Part shown: positions 19,224-29,400 of the stretch, piece by piece | How positions within the stretch are numbered: the first letter of the stretch is position 1 | Layout: each line of letters starts with the position of its first letter | IMG/VR virus record: IMGVR_UViG_2744054422_000002 | Coordinates: 1 to 64,000 of that record | Source: a virus | Taxonomy: Duplodnaviria; Caudoviricetes | Length of the DNA stretch: 64,000 nt | Direction: 5' to 3' (one strand) | Made by a program: the position numbers and the translations under genes | Notes under the pieces: model-generated | The model's input: the letters and a program-made list of their open reading frames with translations, nothing else | Told to the model about the DNA's origin: nothing | Databases searched by the model: none

Positions 19224-20020
19224 TGCTGCACCCTCGGGGTCTTGAAGTCCGGCGAGTAGACCCGCGACGGCGACGTGAGCCGGTACGGGTTCACGACGCT
19301 CAGCCACAGGTCGACGAGCGGCAGCCCTGTGCGGCCCTGCTGGTAGATGAGGGTCGGGTCCCCGAAGTCCAGCTCCACGCCCTGACGGATGAAGCGGGTC
19401 GCGGCCCGAGGGGTGGCCTTGCAACCGCATGACCCGCCGCCGCAGCCCTTGAGGAGATGGCAGGTCAGCTCCGACACCGCGGCGACCGCCGCCTCGTCGA
19501 CCGGCAGGCCGATCCGGTAGACCACGGTGAACGTCTCGGGTTCGCCTGGCGCGGCCGCCATGTCCTGGCAGTCCGGCCAACAGCCGCCGCCGACGCGCAC
19601 CAGCCGGCCCGCCGCGTCGACGCGGTACTGCTCGGGCGCGAGGACCTGGCCGCCGATGTCGACCGACGTGATGTCGTAGACCGGTCCGGGCAGATAGACC
19701 TCGCACAGCTCGCCGCACGAGCAGTCCGACCGGCAGCCGCACACTGACGCGTTGCGCCACAGGCCGTCTGTGCCGATGTACGGGATCCACGGGCCGGTGC
19801 CCGCGCTGGTCTGGAACGAGACGGACGACGAGGACTCCAGACAGGCCCGCCTGCACGGCCGCACGGTTACCGGGCACGGGCCGATACGGCGCCCGGACAA
19901 GGCAAAAAGGATCTGCGAGGCCACGAGCGTCCACCGGTCGAGGTCTTCCTGCTCGACGTTCTCGGTGTCGCAGCACAGTCGCGTGGGCCACGCCTGGCAT
20001 GGGCCTGTCTGGATCGGCAT
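19214..20020 (-). CDS. Head-to-tail adaptor
   Basis: ASQILFALSGRR...RQGV...RTGLPLVDLWLSVVNP. Confidence 0.7.
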   Translation of the reverse strand: MPIQTGPCQAWPTRLCCDTENVEQEDLDRWTLVASQILFALSGRRIGPCPVTVRPCRRACLESSSSVSFQTSAGTGPWIPYIGTDGLWRNASVCGCRSDCSCGELCEVYLPGPVYDITSVDIGGQVLAPEQYRVDAAGRLVRVGGGCWPDCQDMAAAPGEPETFTVVYRIGLPVDEAAVAAVSELTCHLLKGCGGGSCGCKATPRAATRFIRQGVELDFGDPTLIYQQGRTGLPLVDLWLSVVNPYRLTSPSRVYSPDFKTPRVQQWP

Positions 20021-20724
20021 CAGCGCCCCCGGTACTCGTAGTCGGACGGTGACGGGAAGCGGGAGCGGATGACGCGGCCGACCTCGCCGTTGGCGAAGGA
20101 GTCGGGCATGGTCGACAGGAACGGGGTCGACCGGTCGAAGCCCGGTCCGCGGTGCAGGACCTTCACGTCCTCGATCTGCTCGCCGCCGATCTCGTTGAGC
20201 ATTCCGTACATTGTCCGCTTGTGCAGCACGTCCAGGTGGCGGCCCGCGTCCAGCGCGGTCAGCATCCCAGCCTTGCCGACGGGCAGCGGGACGTGCAGCT
20301 CGTACGACAGCGGGTCGTCGTACCCGTGGTCGGCGAGGACGTCGCGGGTCTTCCACATGCCGCGCAGGTACGGCCCGGAGGCGCGCCCCGCGTAGTACGT
20401 CTCGACCTCGCGGACGAGGCCGCGGTGCAGGATCGGCATCTCGGCCAGCGGTTCCATGACGAACATGTCGTCGTTGGCGTACAAGAACGTGTCGGTGATC
20501 TCCGGGTGCTCGCACGCGAGCCGCACGGCCTGCGTGGTGTTGACGTACTTCGTGCCCGTCTGACGGGCCGGGATGAAGCCCACCCCGCCGAGCCATGACG
20601 GCTTGTAGCCGATGATCCACACGCGCCTGTGCGGGAGGTTCGCCTGCCAGCTCCTGAGCGCGTAGCGCAGTTGCTGGTTGGCGGGGCCCTCCCGCACCGG
20701 CACGACCAGGTCCAGGTCCTCCAC
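20020..20724 (-). CDS. Stealth-like sugar-phosphotransferase / glycosyltransferase
   Basis: DLVVP, LRYALRSW, FLYANDDMF, YELHVP resemble Stealth CR1-CR3. Confidence 0.6.
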   Translation of the reverse strand: MEDLDLVVPVREGPANQQLRYALRSWQANLPHRRVWIIGYKPSWLGGVGFIPARQTGTKYVNTTQAVRLACEHPEITDTFLYANDDMFVMEPLAEMPILHRGLVREVETYYAGRASGPYLRGMWKTRDVLADHGYDDPLSYELHVPLPVGKAGMLTALDAGRHLDVLHKRTMYGMLNEIGGEQIEDVKVLHRGPGFDRSTPFLSTMPDSFANGEVGRVIRSRFPSPSDYEYRGR

Positions 20725-20728
20725 CGAG

Positions 20729-21406
20729 TCAGGCCGGGACCGGCACGTAGTCACACGACGGCACCGGGGGCGCCACCGTGGTGATGAAGGTCCGCCGGTG
20801 GCACGTCGGGCCGAGCGGGGTGAGCATCGGGCCGGGGGTGTTGGCGGCGTCGGCCGGCTGGACGTCGTACGGGCCGATGTCCCAGTTGCCGCCCGCCTTG
20901 GTGTGACCGGTGATCTGAAGCGTGACCGCCTCAGATCCGATCTCCAGGTCACCGAGGAGACCGTTGGTCACCCATGGAAGGAGGAAGTAGATCCACTGAC
21001 CGGTAGCACCCGCGACGCAGGCCTCGCCCAGGACTTCCGCCCACAGTTCCAACGCGAAACCGGTGTCGCACTTGATCGAACAGGTGTCGAACCCGATGGG
21101 CTTGGCGTCGTACCCCATCACCACCGGGTTGCCAGTCAAAATCTCGATCAGTTCCGGGGACACGGAAAAGACGTTGAGCTCCAGGTCGAAGCCCTTAAAG
21201 GTAGGGCAGCCCTTTTTCGATCCACAGACGCGACCATTGGCGGCCTTGTACTCGATGTCGTCGCCGTCGTCCGAGTCGTTGTTCATCGCCAGGCTCGAAA
21301 AGCAGTCGAAGACGAACCCGTTGTCCGGGCCGGCGATGGGATTGCCGCACCGGTCAAGCCTGGTAATCCGCATGGTGTCCGCGTTCGCGATGAGCGGGCA
21401 GGACAT
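20729..21406 (-). CDS. Major tail protein
   Basis: MRITRLDRCG...ANGRVC...FALELW...YFLLPW...GPYDV; AGGAGG RBS. Confidence 0.8.
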   Translation of the reverse strand: MSCPLIANADTMRITRLDRCGNPIAGPDNGFVFDCFSSLAMNNDSDDGDDIEYKAANGRVCGSKKGCPTFKGFDLELNVFSVSPELIEILTGNPVVMGYDAKPIGFDTCSIKCDTGFALELWAEVLGEACVAGATGQWIYFLLPWVTNGLLGDLEIGSEAVTLQITGHTKAGGNWDIGPYDVQPADAANTPGPMLTPLGPTCHRRTFITTVAPPVPSCDYVPVPA

Positions 21407-21430
21407 GCCGGGACCTCCTTTTTTCAGGAG

Positions 21431-21463
21431 CCCGGCCCACAACCAGCGGCTGTAACCAGCATA
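21431..21463 (-). promoter_or_regulatory. Late-leader element copy 7 (major tail)
   Basis: TATGCT-N7-GCCGCTGGTTGTGGGCCGGG. Confidence 0.8.
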
Positions 21464-21504
21464 GCCAGCCACAGCCGCGGGACCAGGCGCCAGACGCCCG
21501 GTAA

Positions 21505-21672
21505 TCAGCTCTCGGAGGGCTCCTCCTTCGGCGGTTCGAGGACGACGATCCCGGCCGCCTCGTTGAACTCGGCTTCCTCCACCTCGCGGTAGCCGTCGGG
21601 GATGACGCCGAAGACGTCGGCGTCGCCGCTCAGCGAGATCCACCCGCCGTTGTCGTTGACGAAGTAGCGCAC
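21505..21672 (-). CDS. 55-aa fibre-associated protein (below ORF-track cutoff)
   Basis: AGGAG RBS; MRYFVNDNGGWISLSGDADVFGVIPDGYREVEEAEF... Confidence 0.65.
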   Translation of the reverse strand: MRYFVNDNGGWISLSGDADVFGVIPDGYREVEEAEFNEAAGIVVLEPPKEEPSES

Positions 21673-21682
21673 AGGCTGGCTC

Positions 21683-23278
21683 CTATCGGGTCATCGCGAT
21701 CAGATCGGTGTCGGTGAGCCACTGCTGGAAGGTCACGCTGCCCGCGATCACTCGGACCACCGGCCAGACCCTCACGGTGTAGCCGGTGTGCGGGGGCAGC
21801 ACGGCAGCCTGCGAGACGCCGAACGTGTACCGCTCGCGCCTGGCCGGGCCGTTGACGTAGACGCCGTGCGTCACCCGCGTACCGAGGGCGCCGCCGTTGA
21901 TCTGCACGGCGTAGCCCAACTCCCACTGCGCGTTCGCCGGCCACGACAGCTCGACGCGACCCGTGAACCGGGTGCTGAAGCTGATGCCACGGCAGGCGCT
22001 CAGGGTGTCGGCGGTGTAGGCGCCCTCGGCCCAGGCGGACGAGTCGACGAGGACGAACCCGCCCGTGACGCCGATGGTCGGCGTGCCAAGCGGATGGTTC
22101 TGCTGAAGAGTGACGGCCGCCGACGAGTGCTCGGGCGGCGTCCACAGTGCGCCGCTGGTCGGATCGCACTTGAGCGTCGAGTTCGCGACCGGGTCACAGC
22201 TCCAGTCGTCGGTCCACGGCTGCGAGCCGGCGACCGGGAAGGCCGCCAGCGGCGAGGCGGCCGTACCGGCGCCCTGGAGACCACAGCCGATCTCCAGCGG
22301 CGGGTCCGGCGGCACGAACAGCCGGCCGTCCGCGCCGAAGGCGAGCTGGTTGCCCGCGTCGGCGGACGGGGCGACGAGGAGCCCGGTGGGGGTCTCCTCC
22401 AGGCCGTTCGGCTCGGGCGCCACGATGACGTCCGCGGCGACCTGGTACGGGTCGCCGCTGGTGCCGGTGCCGGTGACGGTCATGTCGACGGTGTTCGTGT
22501 CGGCGGCCTGCAGAGCCGTCGACGCGGCCGGCGTGTAGAGCCCGCCGTCCGCGCCGAACACCGTGGTGTTCCCCGCGTCAGCGGACAGGCGGGCGGAGAT
22601 CTCGCCCGTGGCCGGGTCGTAGGCGGCGCCGTCCCCGGCCGAGAAGCAGCCGCGTACGTCCGCGCACTCGACGTACAGGCCGTCAGGGCCCGCCTGGAGC
22701 AGGTTGCTGCCGCCTGCGGGCGGCGCCGGGTCCACGATGACGTTGGTCGTGACGACGTACGGGTCACCGGCCGTGCCGGTGCCGGTCACCGAGTTGTCCG
22801 CCGTGGTGGTGTCCCCCGCCGTGACGACCGTGCCGCCGCCACCTCCGCCGGTCGGCGCGTACAGCCCGCCGTCCGCACCGAAGGAGACCGCGTTCCCCGC
22901 GTCTGTGGACAGGCGGGCGGAGATCTCGCCCGTGGCCGGATCGTAGGCGGCGCCGTCCCCGGCCGAGAAGCAGGTCCGGACGTCGGCGCACTCGACGTAC
23001 AGACCGTCGGGGCCTTCGCCGATCAGGTTCGTGCCGCCCTGCGGCGGCGTCGCGTCGAGGATGACGTCAGCGGTGACCGTGTACGGGTCGCCGCTCGTAC
23101 CGGTGCCGCTGAGTCCGAGGTCGACGGTCGTCGAGTCGGTGACCGCGAGCGCTGTCGGCTCGGCGGCCTCGGAGCTGATCGTGTACGGGTTCGCCGCGCT
23201 TCCATTACCGGTGACGGTGACGCCGGGGCCGGCGGTGACGCGGCAGTTGCACGGCGAGACGCCGCAGCACTTGGCCAT
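21683..23278 (-). CDS. Fibre-like protein with internal ~108-aa repeats
   Basis: MAKCCGVSPCNC; GPDGLYVECADVR.CFSAGDGAAYDPATGEISARLS occurs twice, 324 bp apart. Confidence 0.75.
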   Translation of the reverse strand: MAKCCGVSPCNCRVTAGPGVTVTGNGSAANPYTISSEAAEPTALAVTDSTTVDLGLSGTGTSGDPYTVTADVILDATPPQGGTNLIGEGPDGLYVECADVRTCFSAGDGAAYDPATGEISARLSTDAGNAVSFGADGGLYAPTGGGGGGTVVTAGDTTTADNSVTGTGTAGDPYVVTTNVIVDPAPPAGGSNLLQAGPDGLYVECADVRGCFSAGDGAAYDPATGEISARLSADAGNTTVFGADGGLYTPAASTALQAADTNTVDMTVTGTGTSGDPYQVAADVIVAPEPNGLEETPTGLLVAPSADAGNQLAFGADGRLFVPPDPPLEIGCGLQGAGTAASPLAAFPVAGSQPWTDDWSCDPVANSTLKCDPTSGALWTPPEHSSAAVTLQQNHPLGTPTIGVTGGFVLVDSSAWAEGAYTADTLSACRGISFSTRFTGRVELSWPANAQWELGYAVQINGGALGTRVTHGVYVNGPARRERYTFGVSQAAVLPPHTGYTVRVWPVVRVIAGSVTFQQWLTDTDLIAMTR

Positions 23279-23307
23279 GGGAAGGCTCCAGGTGGAAAGG
23301 AGTCTCG

Positions 23308-23342
23308 CCCGGCCCACAACCAGCGGCGTTACTTCGAGTCTA
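23308..23342 (-). promoter_or_regulatory. Late-leader element copy 8
   Basis: TAGACT-N9-GCCGCTGGTTGTGGGCCGGG. Confidence 0.8.
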
Positions 23343-23358
23343 GGTCTGGCGGCCGCCG

Positions 23359-23664
23359 CTATGGGGCGGTGGCGTGGACGTGCACGGTGACGCCTGGCGC
23401 GGGGATGGAAGCGGCGAGGATCTGGATCCCGAGGAGGCTGACGACCGGTGCGCCGAGGACGTTGATCGTCGTGGCTGTCGCAGAGTTCGCCGTGATCGTG
23501 TGCGAGCGGAACCCAACCGCGCCTTGGATGCCGACTGTCACGACCGGCGCAACGGAGAACGTCCCGACGAGCCAGTTGAAGGTCACGTTGCCGTTCGCGT
23601 CGGTCACGGCCGTTGCGCGCTCGACACGGCCGCTCGTCGGCGTGTAGTCGCCGCTGGTCGCCAT
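23359..23664 (-). CDS. Small beta-rich virion protein
   Basis: TDANGNVTFNW..FSVAPVVT...VTVHVHA. Confidence 0.6.
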   Translation of the reverse strand: MATSGDYTPTSGRVERATAVTDANGNVTFNWLVGTFSVAPVVTVGIQGAVGFRSHTITANSATATTINVLGAPVVSLLGIQILAASIPAPGVTVHVHATAP

Positions 23665-23684
23665 TCAGCCGGTCCGTTCCCTGA

Positions 23685-24167
23685 TCAGATCTCGCGGGTG
23701 GACAGGACGACGAAGTCGGCCCCGGCCGCGCCCGTGAACACGAAGGCGTCGGCGAGCTTCTCGCCGGCCTTGCCGCCCTGGTCGACGGACCATGTGCCGG
23801 TGCTGCCCGCGGGGAAGGCGACGGCCGGGTCTCCGCCGATGGCCACGGTGGGGGCGCCGGCGAACACGAGTAGCGTCACAGACCGGGCGCCCACGGTGAT
23901 GGTGAGGGCGCCTGCGCCGGTCTGCCGCTGCGCCTTGGAGTCGATCTGCGGATTGGGCGAGGCGCCGCAGCGTACGACGGTGCCGGTCGACGCGTACGGC
24001 GTGGTGCCGTCCAGCGCAGTGTCCGACACGGACGGAGCACCGGTGCCGCTGGTGGTGTAGTGCCGCAGGAACGGCGTGCTGCTGCCATCGACCTGCACGT
24101 CGCACAGGATCTCGTACTCGGCATCGGCTGCCGCTGCTGCCGAAACGCTGCCGCTGGTACCGGACAT
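23685..24167 (-). CDS. Minimal member of the LCD-repeat protein family
   Basis: One ILCDVQVDG..PFLRHY...LDGTTPY..TGTV..C repeat plus the shared SVT...TWSV C-terminal domain. Confidence 0.7.
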   Translation of the reverse strand: MSGTSGSVSAAAAADAEYEILCDVQVDGSSTPFLRHYTTSGTGAPSVSDTALDGTTPYASTGTVVRCGASPNPQIDSKAQRQTGAGALTITVGARSVTLLVFAGAPTVAIGGDPAVAFPAGSTGTWSVDQGGKAGEKLADAFVFTGAAGADFVVLSTREI

Positions 24168-24194
24168 GAGGAGACCTCCAGGAGGGGTGAGGGG

Positions 24195-24257
24195 TTATGC
24201 CGGTAGAGCGGCGAAGCCGCTACCGCCGGTGTCGAGACTGGCTACTGTTCCGGTCAT
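24195..24257 (-). pseudogene. 20-codon remnant of a fourth cassette gene
   Basis: MTGTVASLDT...; first 21 nt match the start of 24254..24886 at 19/21; ATGA-coupled. Confidence 0.5.
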
Positions 24258-24886
24258 GCCGGGGTGTCTCCTTCCGGAGCGACCCAGTGAGCCGAGATGT
24301 ACGTGCGGCCGTCGCCGTTGCTGACCACCGCGGCGGCGCCGAAGACGCCGAGGCGATAGGCGCCGAGCCCCACCGTGTCCCCGGCAGCGAACGAGTGCAT
24401 GAACTGCCGCGAGCCCGTCGCCTGGATCTGCTTGCCCTGGTCGCCCGCCCCCTCGCTGTGGTAGATGACCATGGCCTCTGTGCCAGGCGCCAAAGCCCCG
24501 TTCTTGTACATGCCGGCCATGACGCCTGTGTCGCTGGCCGCCGCGCCCGGCGCTGGGAGCGACGCGACACCGCGCACCTGGAGGCTGACCTCCCACACCC
24601 CGGCGCGCGGGATGGTCAGCAAAGGCACCTCGGGCACGGTCTCCCACGCCCGGAGTGCCCCGGTCAGGGAGTGGAGGAAGTTGAGCGTGCCGTTTTGCAC
24701 CCATGCCGCGTCCACGCCGACCCGCCACACCTGCGGGCAGTTCCCTGCGGCCGGGGGCGTGACGGTGAGGCCCGGGTCCACCTGGATCAGCACCTCGGGC
24801 ACCAGGAGGCCGGTTGCCGTCTCAGTCAGCGCGTTGCACGGGGCCGGATCAGGCAGGGGGCCGATACTGGCTGCCGTTCCGGTCAT
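24254..24886 (-). CDS. Cassette paralog 3, putative receptor-binding / C1q-like beta domain
   Basis: DPAPCNALT..GLLVP...CPQVW, then LTIPRAGVWEV. Confidence 0.7.
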   Translation of the reverse strand: MTGTAASIGPLPDPAPCNALTETATGLLVPEVLIQVDPGLTVTPPAAGNCPQVWRVGVDAAWVQNGTLNFLHSLTGALRAWETVPEVPLLTIPRAGVWEVSLQVRGVASLPAPGAAASDTGVMAGMYKNGALAPGTEAMVIYHSEGAGDQGKQIQATGSRQFMHSFAAGDTVGLGAYRLGVFGAAAVVSNGDGRTYISAHWVAPEGDTPA

Positions 24887-25530
24887 CAGTCGCTCACCTT
24901 CTTGAAGCGGAAGTTCGTGACCGCGACGACTTCACCCGTCGTGGTTCCGCTATCCACGTGCTTGAGACCCTCGACTCGAATCGTGGTCGGTCCCGCCACC
25001 TGGTACAGCGCCGACGCTGAGGCGTTGCCGTGGAGGGTGTGCGTGACACCAGCGGCGGGCGTGGCAGCGAAGAGCACGAGGGTCCGCGCGGTGAGCGGCA
25101 CCACGGCGTTGGCGGTGACGTTGAACAGCCGGGCCTGGACGATCGAGTTGGAGACACTGCCCACCATGATCACGCCGCCCTGCAGGTCGGCGTCCAGCTC
25201 GTAGACGCCGGCCTCCGGCAGCGTGAGCGTCGCGGGGACAGGGACCCACGTGTCGTAAGGGGAGCCTCCCAGGCCGACCGCGCCGGACGTCTGCCCGCTC
25301 ACCGGCGTGAGCCGAGCGCCGACCTGCCACGTCTCCGGGCACGCCCCGGCGGCAGGCGCCGTGACGTCGATGTCGACCGAGCGCTGCGCCGACACCGCGC
25401 CGCCGGGGGCGATGCCTTGGAGGGCGGTGTGCGGCACGAGGAGCCCGGCCGCCGTCCGGGTGAGGGCGTTGCACGGCGCCGGGTCCACGGGCGCGTCGAC
25501 GCGGTACGTACGCCCGCATGCGCCCGCCAT
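24886..25530 (-). CDS. Cassette paralog 2
   Basis: MAGACG...DPAPCNALT...CPETWQVGARLTPVSG...LPEAGVY...KVSD. Confidence 0.7.
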   Translation of the reverse strand: MAGACGRTYRVDAPVDPAPCNALTRTAAGLLVPHTALQGIAPGGAVSAQRSVDIDVTAPAAGACPETWQVGARLTPVSGQTSGAVGLGGSPYDTWVPVPATLTLPEAGVYELDADLQGGVIMVGSVSNSIVQARLFNVTANAVVPLTARTLVLFAATPAAGVTHTLHGNASASALYQVAGPTTIRVEGLKHVDSGTTTGEVVAVTNFRFKKVSD

Positions 25531-26177
25531 CAGTCGCTCACCTTCACGAAGCCGAGGCGTGGTCCTCCGAGGAGCGCCTGGGTGGAGTCGTTGAAGCCGA
25601 CGTACTGCCGCTGCCCTTCCACGCGGATCGTCGTCGGCCCGGTGACGGTGAGGAAGGCGTTGAGGCTGCCGGCGTTCTGAAGCGCCATCACCGTGCCACC
25701 GCCGTCGTTGATGTTGCCGAACTGGATCCGCCGGTTGGTGCCGGGCACGGGTGCCCCAGCGGTGACGTTGACCAGACGGGCGTTGATCGCCACCGCCCAC
25801 GGCGTTGTCGCGGCGATGTGCGAATAGAAGTCGGCGGAAAGGGCGTACGTCCCCGCCTCGGGCAGCACGACCTGGGCACTGGTCGCCACCCATGTCCCGG
25901 ATGGAACGGCTTGCAGGTTCGCGTCTGCCCCGAGCACTTCACCGCTGACCGGGGTGAGGCGCGCCCCGACCGTCCAGGTCTCCGGGCAGGCACCGGCGGC
26001 CGGTGCCTGCACGTCCACGTCGACCGAGCGCGTCGCCGAGACCGCGCCGCCGGGGGCGATCCCGGCAACCTCGGCACGTGGCACGAGGAGCCCGGCCGCC
26101 GCCTGTGTGAGCGCGTTGCACGGCGCCGGGTCCAGGCGCGGGACAACCCGGGTCGACCCGCAGCAGCTACCCGCCAT
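25530..26177 (-). CDS. Cassette paralog 1
   Basis: MAGSCCG...DPAPCNALT...CPETWTVGARLTPVSG...LPEAGTY...KVSD. Confidence 0.7.
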   Translation of the reverse strand: MAGSCCGSTRVVPRLDPAPCNALTQAAAGLLVPRAEVAGIAPGGAVSATRSVDVDVQAPAAGACPETWTVGARLTPVSGEVLGADANLQAVPSGTWVATSAQVVLPEAGTYALSADFYSHIAATTPWAVAINARLVNVTAGAPVPGTNRRIQFGNINDGGGTVMALQNAGSLNAFLTVTGPTTIRVEGQRQYVGFNDSTQALLGGPRLGFVKVSD

Positions 26178-26389
26178 CAGTCACCGTCCGGGGCAGTGGG
26201 GAGCGGCGAGGCGAAGACGTCCGGCAGGCTCGCGAGATAGGCGGCCTCGTCCACCTCCTCGTAGCCCAGCTCGAAGTACGGCGCCGGGTCCGTCAGGTGG
26301 TAGACGACCTGCACGCCCTCGCCCTCCGTCGTGAAGTAGCGCGGGCCGGGCGCCGGGCCTGGCGTGGTCTCGGTGGTGTCGTCGCTCAT
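26177..26389 (-). CDS. Small acidic fibre-associated protein
   Basis: AGGAGG RBS; RYF...GYEEVDEAAY. Confidence 0.65.
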   Translation of the reverse strand: MSDDTTETTPGPAPGPRYFTTEGEGVQVVYHLTDPAPYFELGYEEVDEAAYLASLPDVFASPLPTAPDGD

Positions 26390-26430
26390 CAGCGCCTCCT
26401 GGTCGGCGGTGGGGAGAAGGGGGGTGGCCA

Positions 26431-29400
26431 TCAGCGGTACGTCCAGTTCAGGAGGTAGCTCGCTGCCGCGGTCGCCCCGGCGAAGGAGGCCACGGCGAGG
26501 GCGGTGTCACTGTCCTGGGCGACGGACCACGTCATCGTGACCCCGGCCGGGACCGGCACCGCCGCACCGTCCGACATGGTGACGTTGACCGCGCCGGCGA
26601 GGACGGTGAGGCTGACGCTCTGGGCGCCCGGGAAGGTACCGGCGATGTTCTGCGCCGCGGTTCCGGTCACGGCCCGCACACCGGTGCTCAGCGGCCCCGG
26701 CAGCGCCTCCGCCGCCGTGCAGTCGACCGGCGAGACCGGCGTGTACGGCTGGGTGAGGTCGCCGTCGAGATAGGTGCCCAGCAGGGTCGGGGCGGCGCCG
26801 TCGCAGGGGTCGACGGCCCACAGCTCGGTGTACTGGACGTCACCGATGCCGTCGCCGTCGGTGTCGTCGCAGCCGCACCGCTCCACCACCTGCTTGGCGC
26901 AGGCGGGCGTGCTGCTGCCTGCCTCGCCGCCGCAGGGCGCCAGGTGCCAGCCGTCCGGGATGGCGTCCTGGCGCTGCCCGTCCTCGTCCAGGTAGTAGAC
27001 CGAGTCGTCGCAGCAGACCATCCGCGTCCAGGAGCGGGTCTCGGGGATGACCTCATAGGTGACCTTCAGGTGCACCATCAGGCCGGATCCGCCGCCGACG
27101 GTTTCCTCGACGTCGAGGTAGAGGAAGTTCCGGCCGGCCTGCGCGCCCGGGATGGTGGCGGGGCCGAAGGTGTACGTCGTCCCGTTGTGCGTGGCCGTCG
27201 CCGGGAGGCTCTGCCAGGCACCGTTGTTCAGCCGGAACGCGCGGCCGATCTGGTCGGCGTTGAACACCGTGGCCTGGAGCTGGATGGTCGCCGGGTCGGC
27301 GTTGGCCGGCAGGTCGAAGTAGGCGCGCGGGAACCAGTGGGTGTTCAGGAGCGACGGGCCCTCGTTCGGCTGTGCCGGGCTCGACTGCGCGGAGGCGCCG
27401 TTCGGGTGCGGGGAGACCCACCAGGCCGGGCGGGCGGTGTCGGAGTCGGTGACCGACCAGGCGCCCGAGTACTGGAACTCGTACATGTCGTACCAGGGCG
27501 GGTTGGCCGCGTTGATGTCCGGCGTCCACTTCCATACGGGGTCCACCGAGTTGTTGTTGAGGTGGGCCTCGTTGGAGATGAACTCGACTTCCTGGGTGGG
27601 GTCCTGCTGGATGCAGACCTGGGCCGGCTGGCAGCAGGACTCCGGCTCGGGCGGCTCGCACACCCCGGCGGTCCCGGCCACGGTGTAGGGGGTGGTGCCG
27701 TCGAGGAGGGTGTCCGTGATGGTGGGGGTGCCGTCGCAGGAGCGGCAGATGTGCCGCAGGAACGGGCCGGCCGGGAGCACCGACACGGCCCCGGCCCAGT
27801 AGGTGAGGAACGTGCCGCACACCGCCGCGCGGCTGTTCGGTGCCGGTGCGGTGGTGACGGAGGTGACGGCGCCAGAGGTACGGAACCGGGCGCTCCCCGC
27901 GACCTGCGGAGTGGTCACATACGAGCACGGGTCAGGCGGTACGCCATCGGCGGTGCGGGTCAGGACCCCGGTTGCCGAGTTGTAGGAGTAGCCGTCGGGC
28001 AGGGACACGACTTCCAGCCCGGTGGGGAGCTGCGCCCAACTGATGCCCGGGTTCGACGGGTAGTAGTGGACGAAGACCGAGAACTCCACGATGGAGGGCC
28101 GGGAGAACGTCCACCGGGTTGGTGCGGTGACGGCGTGGGGGAAGGAGTGCAGCCCCCACCAGGAGCCGTCAACGTTGCTCTGGTTGACCGGCATCGCCGT
28201 ACCGTTGCCCCCGTCCGTCGCCGTCCAGCCGACGCCGTTGGACAGGGTGCCGGACGTTGCGGTCCCGGTGATCGTGACCGGCGCGCCAGTGGGCACGTCG
28301 CACAGCACCAGCGTTTCGCAGTCCTTGCAGGGCGACGGCTGGCAGACGCCCACGGTGCCGGTCGGGGCGTACGGCGCGGAGCCGTTGAGGGCATAGTCCG
28401 CGTGGCCGGTGACGGTGCCGGCCGCATCCCGGGCGTAGTCGCGCAGGAACGTCGTCACGCTGCCGTTCGCCTGGACATCGCATAGGACGGCCAGGTCCCG
28501 CTCCGGCTGTGGGTCGGGCTGGCAGTCCCCCACGGTGCCGGTCGGCGTGTAGGGGGTGCCGTCCAGGAGGTAGTCGGAGTGCCCGACGATGGCGCCCGTC
28601 TCGTCCCTCCGGTAGTCCCGGACCATCGCGGTGACGGTGCCGTCCGCGGCCGTGTCACAGAGCTGGACGACGTCCTGTTCCGGCTGCTCGACGCCGACCG
28701 GGCAGGTGGTGACGGTGCCGGTCGGCGTGTAGGTGGCGCCGGTGGTGGCGTCGACCAGGCGGACGCTGTCGATCGTGCCGTCCGCGGCGTAGCTGTACTC
28801 GATCAGCACCAGGCCGGCGACCGTGCCGTCCGCCAGGACGTCGCAGAACGTGCCCGAGACCTGGACGGACTGGGAGCTGCCGCAGGCGACGGTGCCGACC
28901 GGTGGCGCGCCCGCGCTGTATGCGCCGGTCTGGAGGTTGATCCATCCCTCGGAGCTGACCACGCCGTCACAGTCGCGGACGACGGTGACGGCGATCGGTG
29001 TCCCGTCCGGCAGGCACAGGCCGATGGTGGCGGTCGGGGTGGTCGGCGAAGCGCAGTCGTTCACCGGCAAGCAGACGCCGACGCTGCCGGTCGGCGTGTA
29101 GGCCGTGGTGCCGTCAAGGAGCGTGTCCGCCGTGGTGGTTCCGGCGTCGTCGGTGATGAACGTGCGCAGGAACGGGGCGGAGGTGCCATCGGCCTGGACG
29201 TCACAGAGGAGTTGCGCCGTCTGGTCCGCGGCGGCCCGGCACGGCACGATGGACGCCGCGGCCAGGACGGCGCCGGTGGCAAGATCGAGGTATGTGACGG
29301 CCGGATCCCCGCAGGCGGCGCACTTGAGGACGGCCGCCGTGCCGGCGCCGCCGGCGCCGTCGTCGTAGCAGACGGTGCCGAGGACGACGGGGGTGTCCGC

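Noticed and set aside
8389-23278. Contractile injection system / tailocin
   Set aside because: No sheath or baseplate wedge genes; capsid, portal and terminase are present.
24254-26177. Diversity-generating retroelement or invertible shufflon
   Set aside because: No reverse transcriptase or invertase in the window; cassettes are direct, full-length and not obviously adenine-specific variants.
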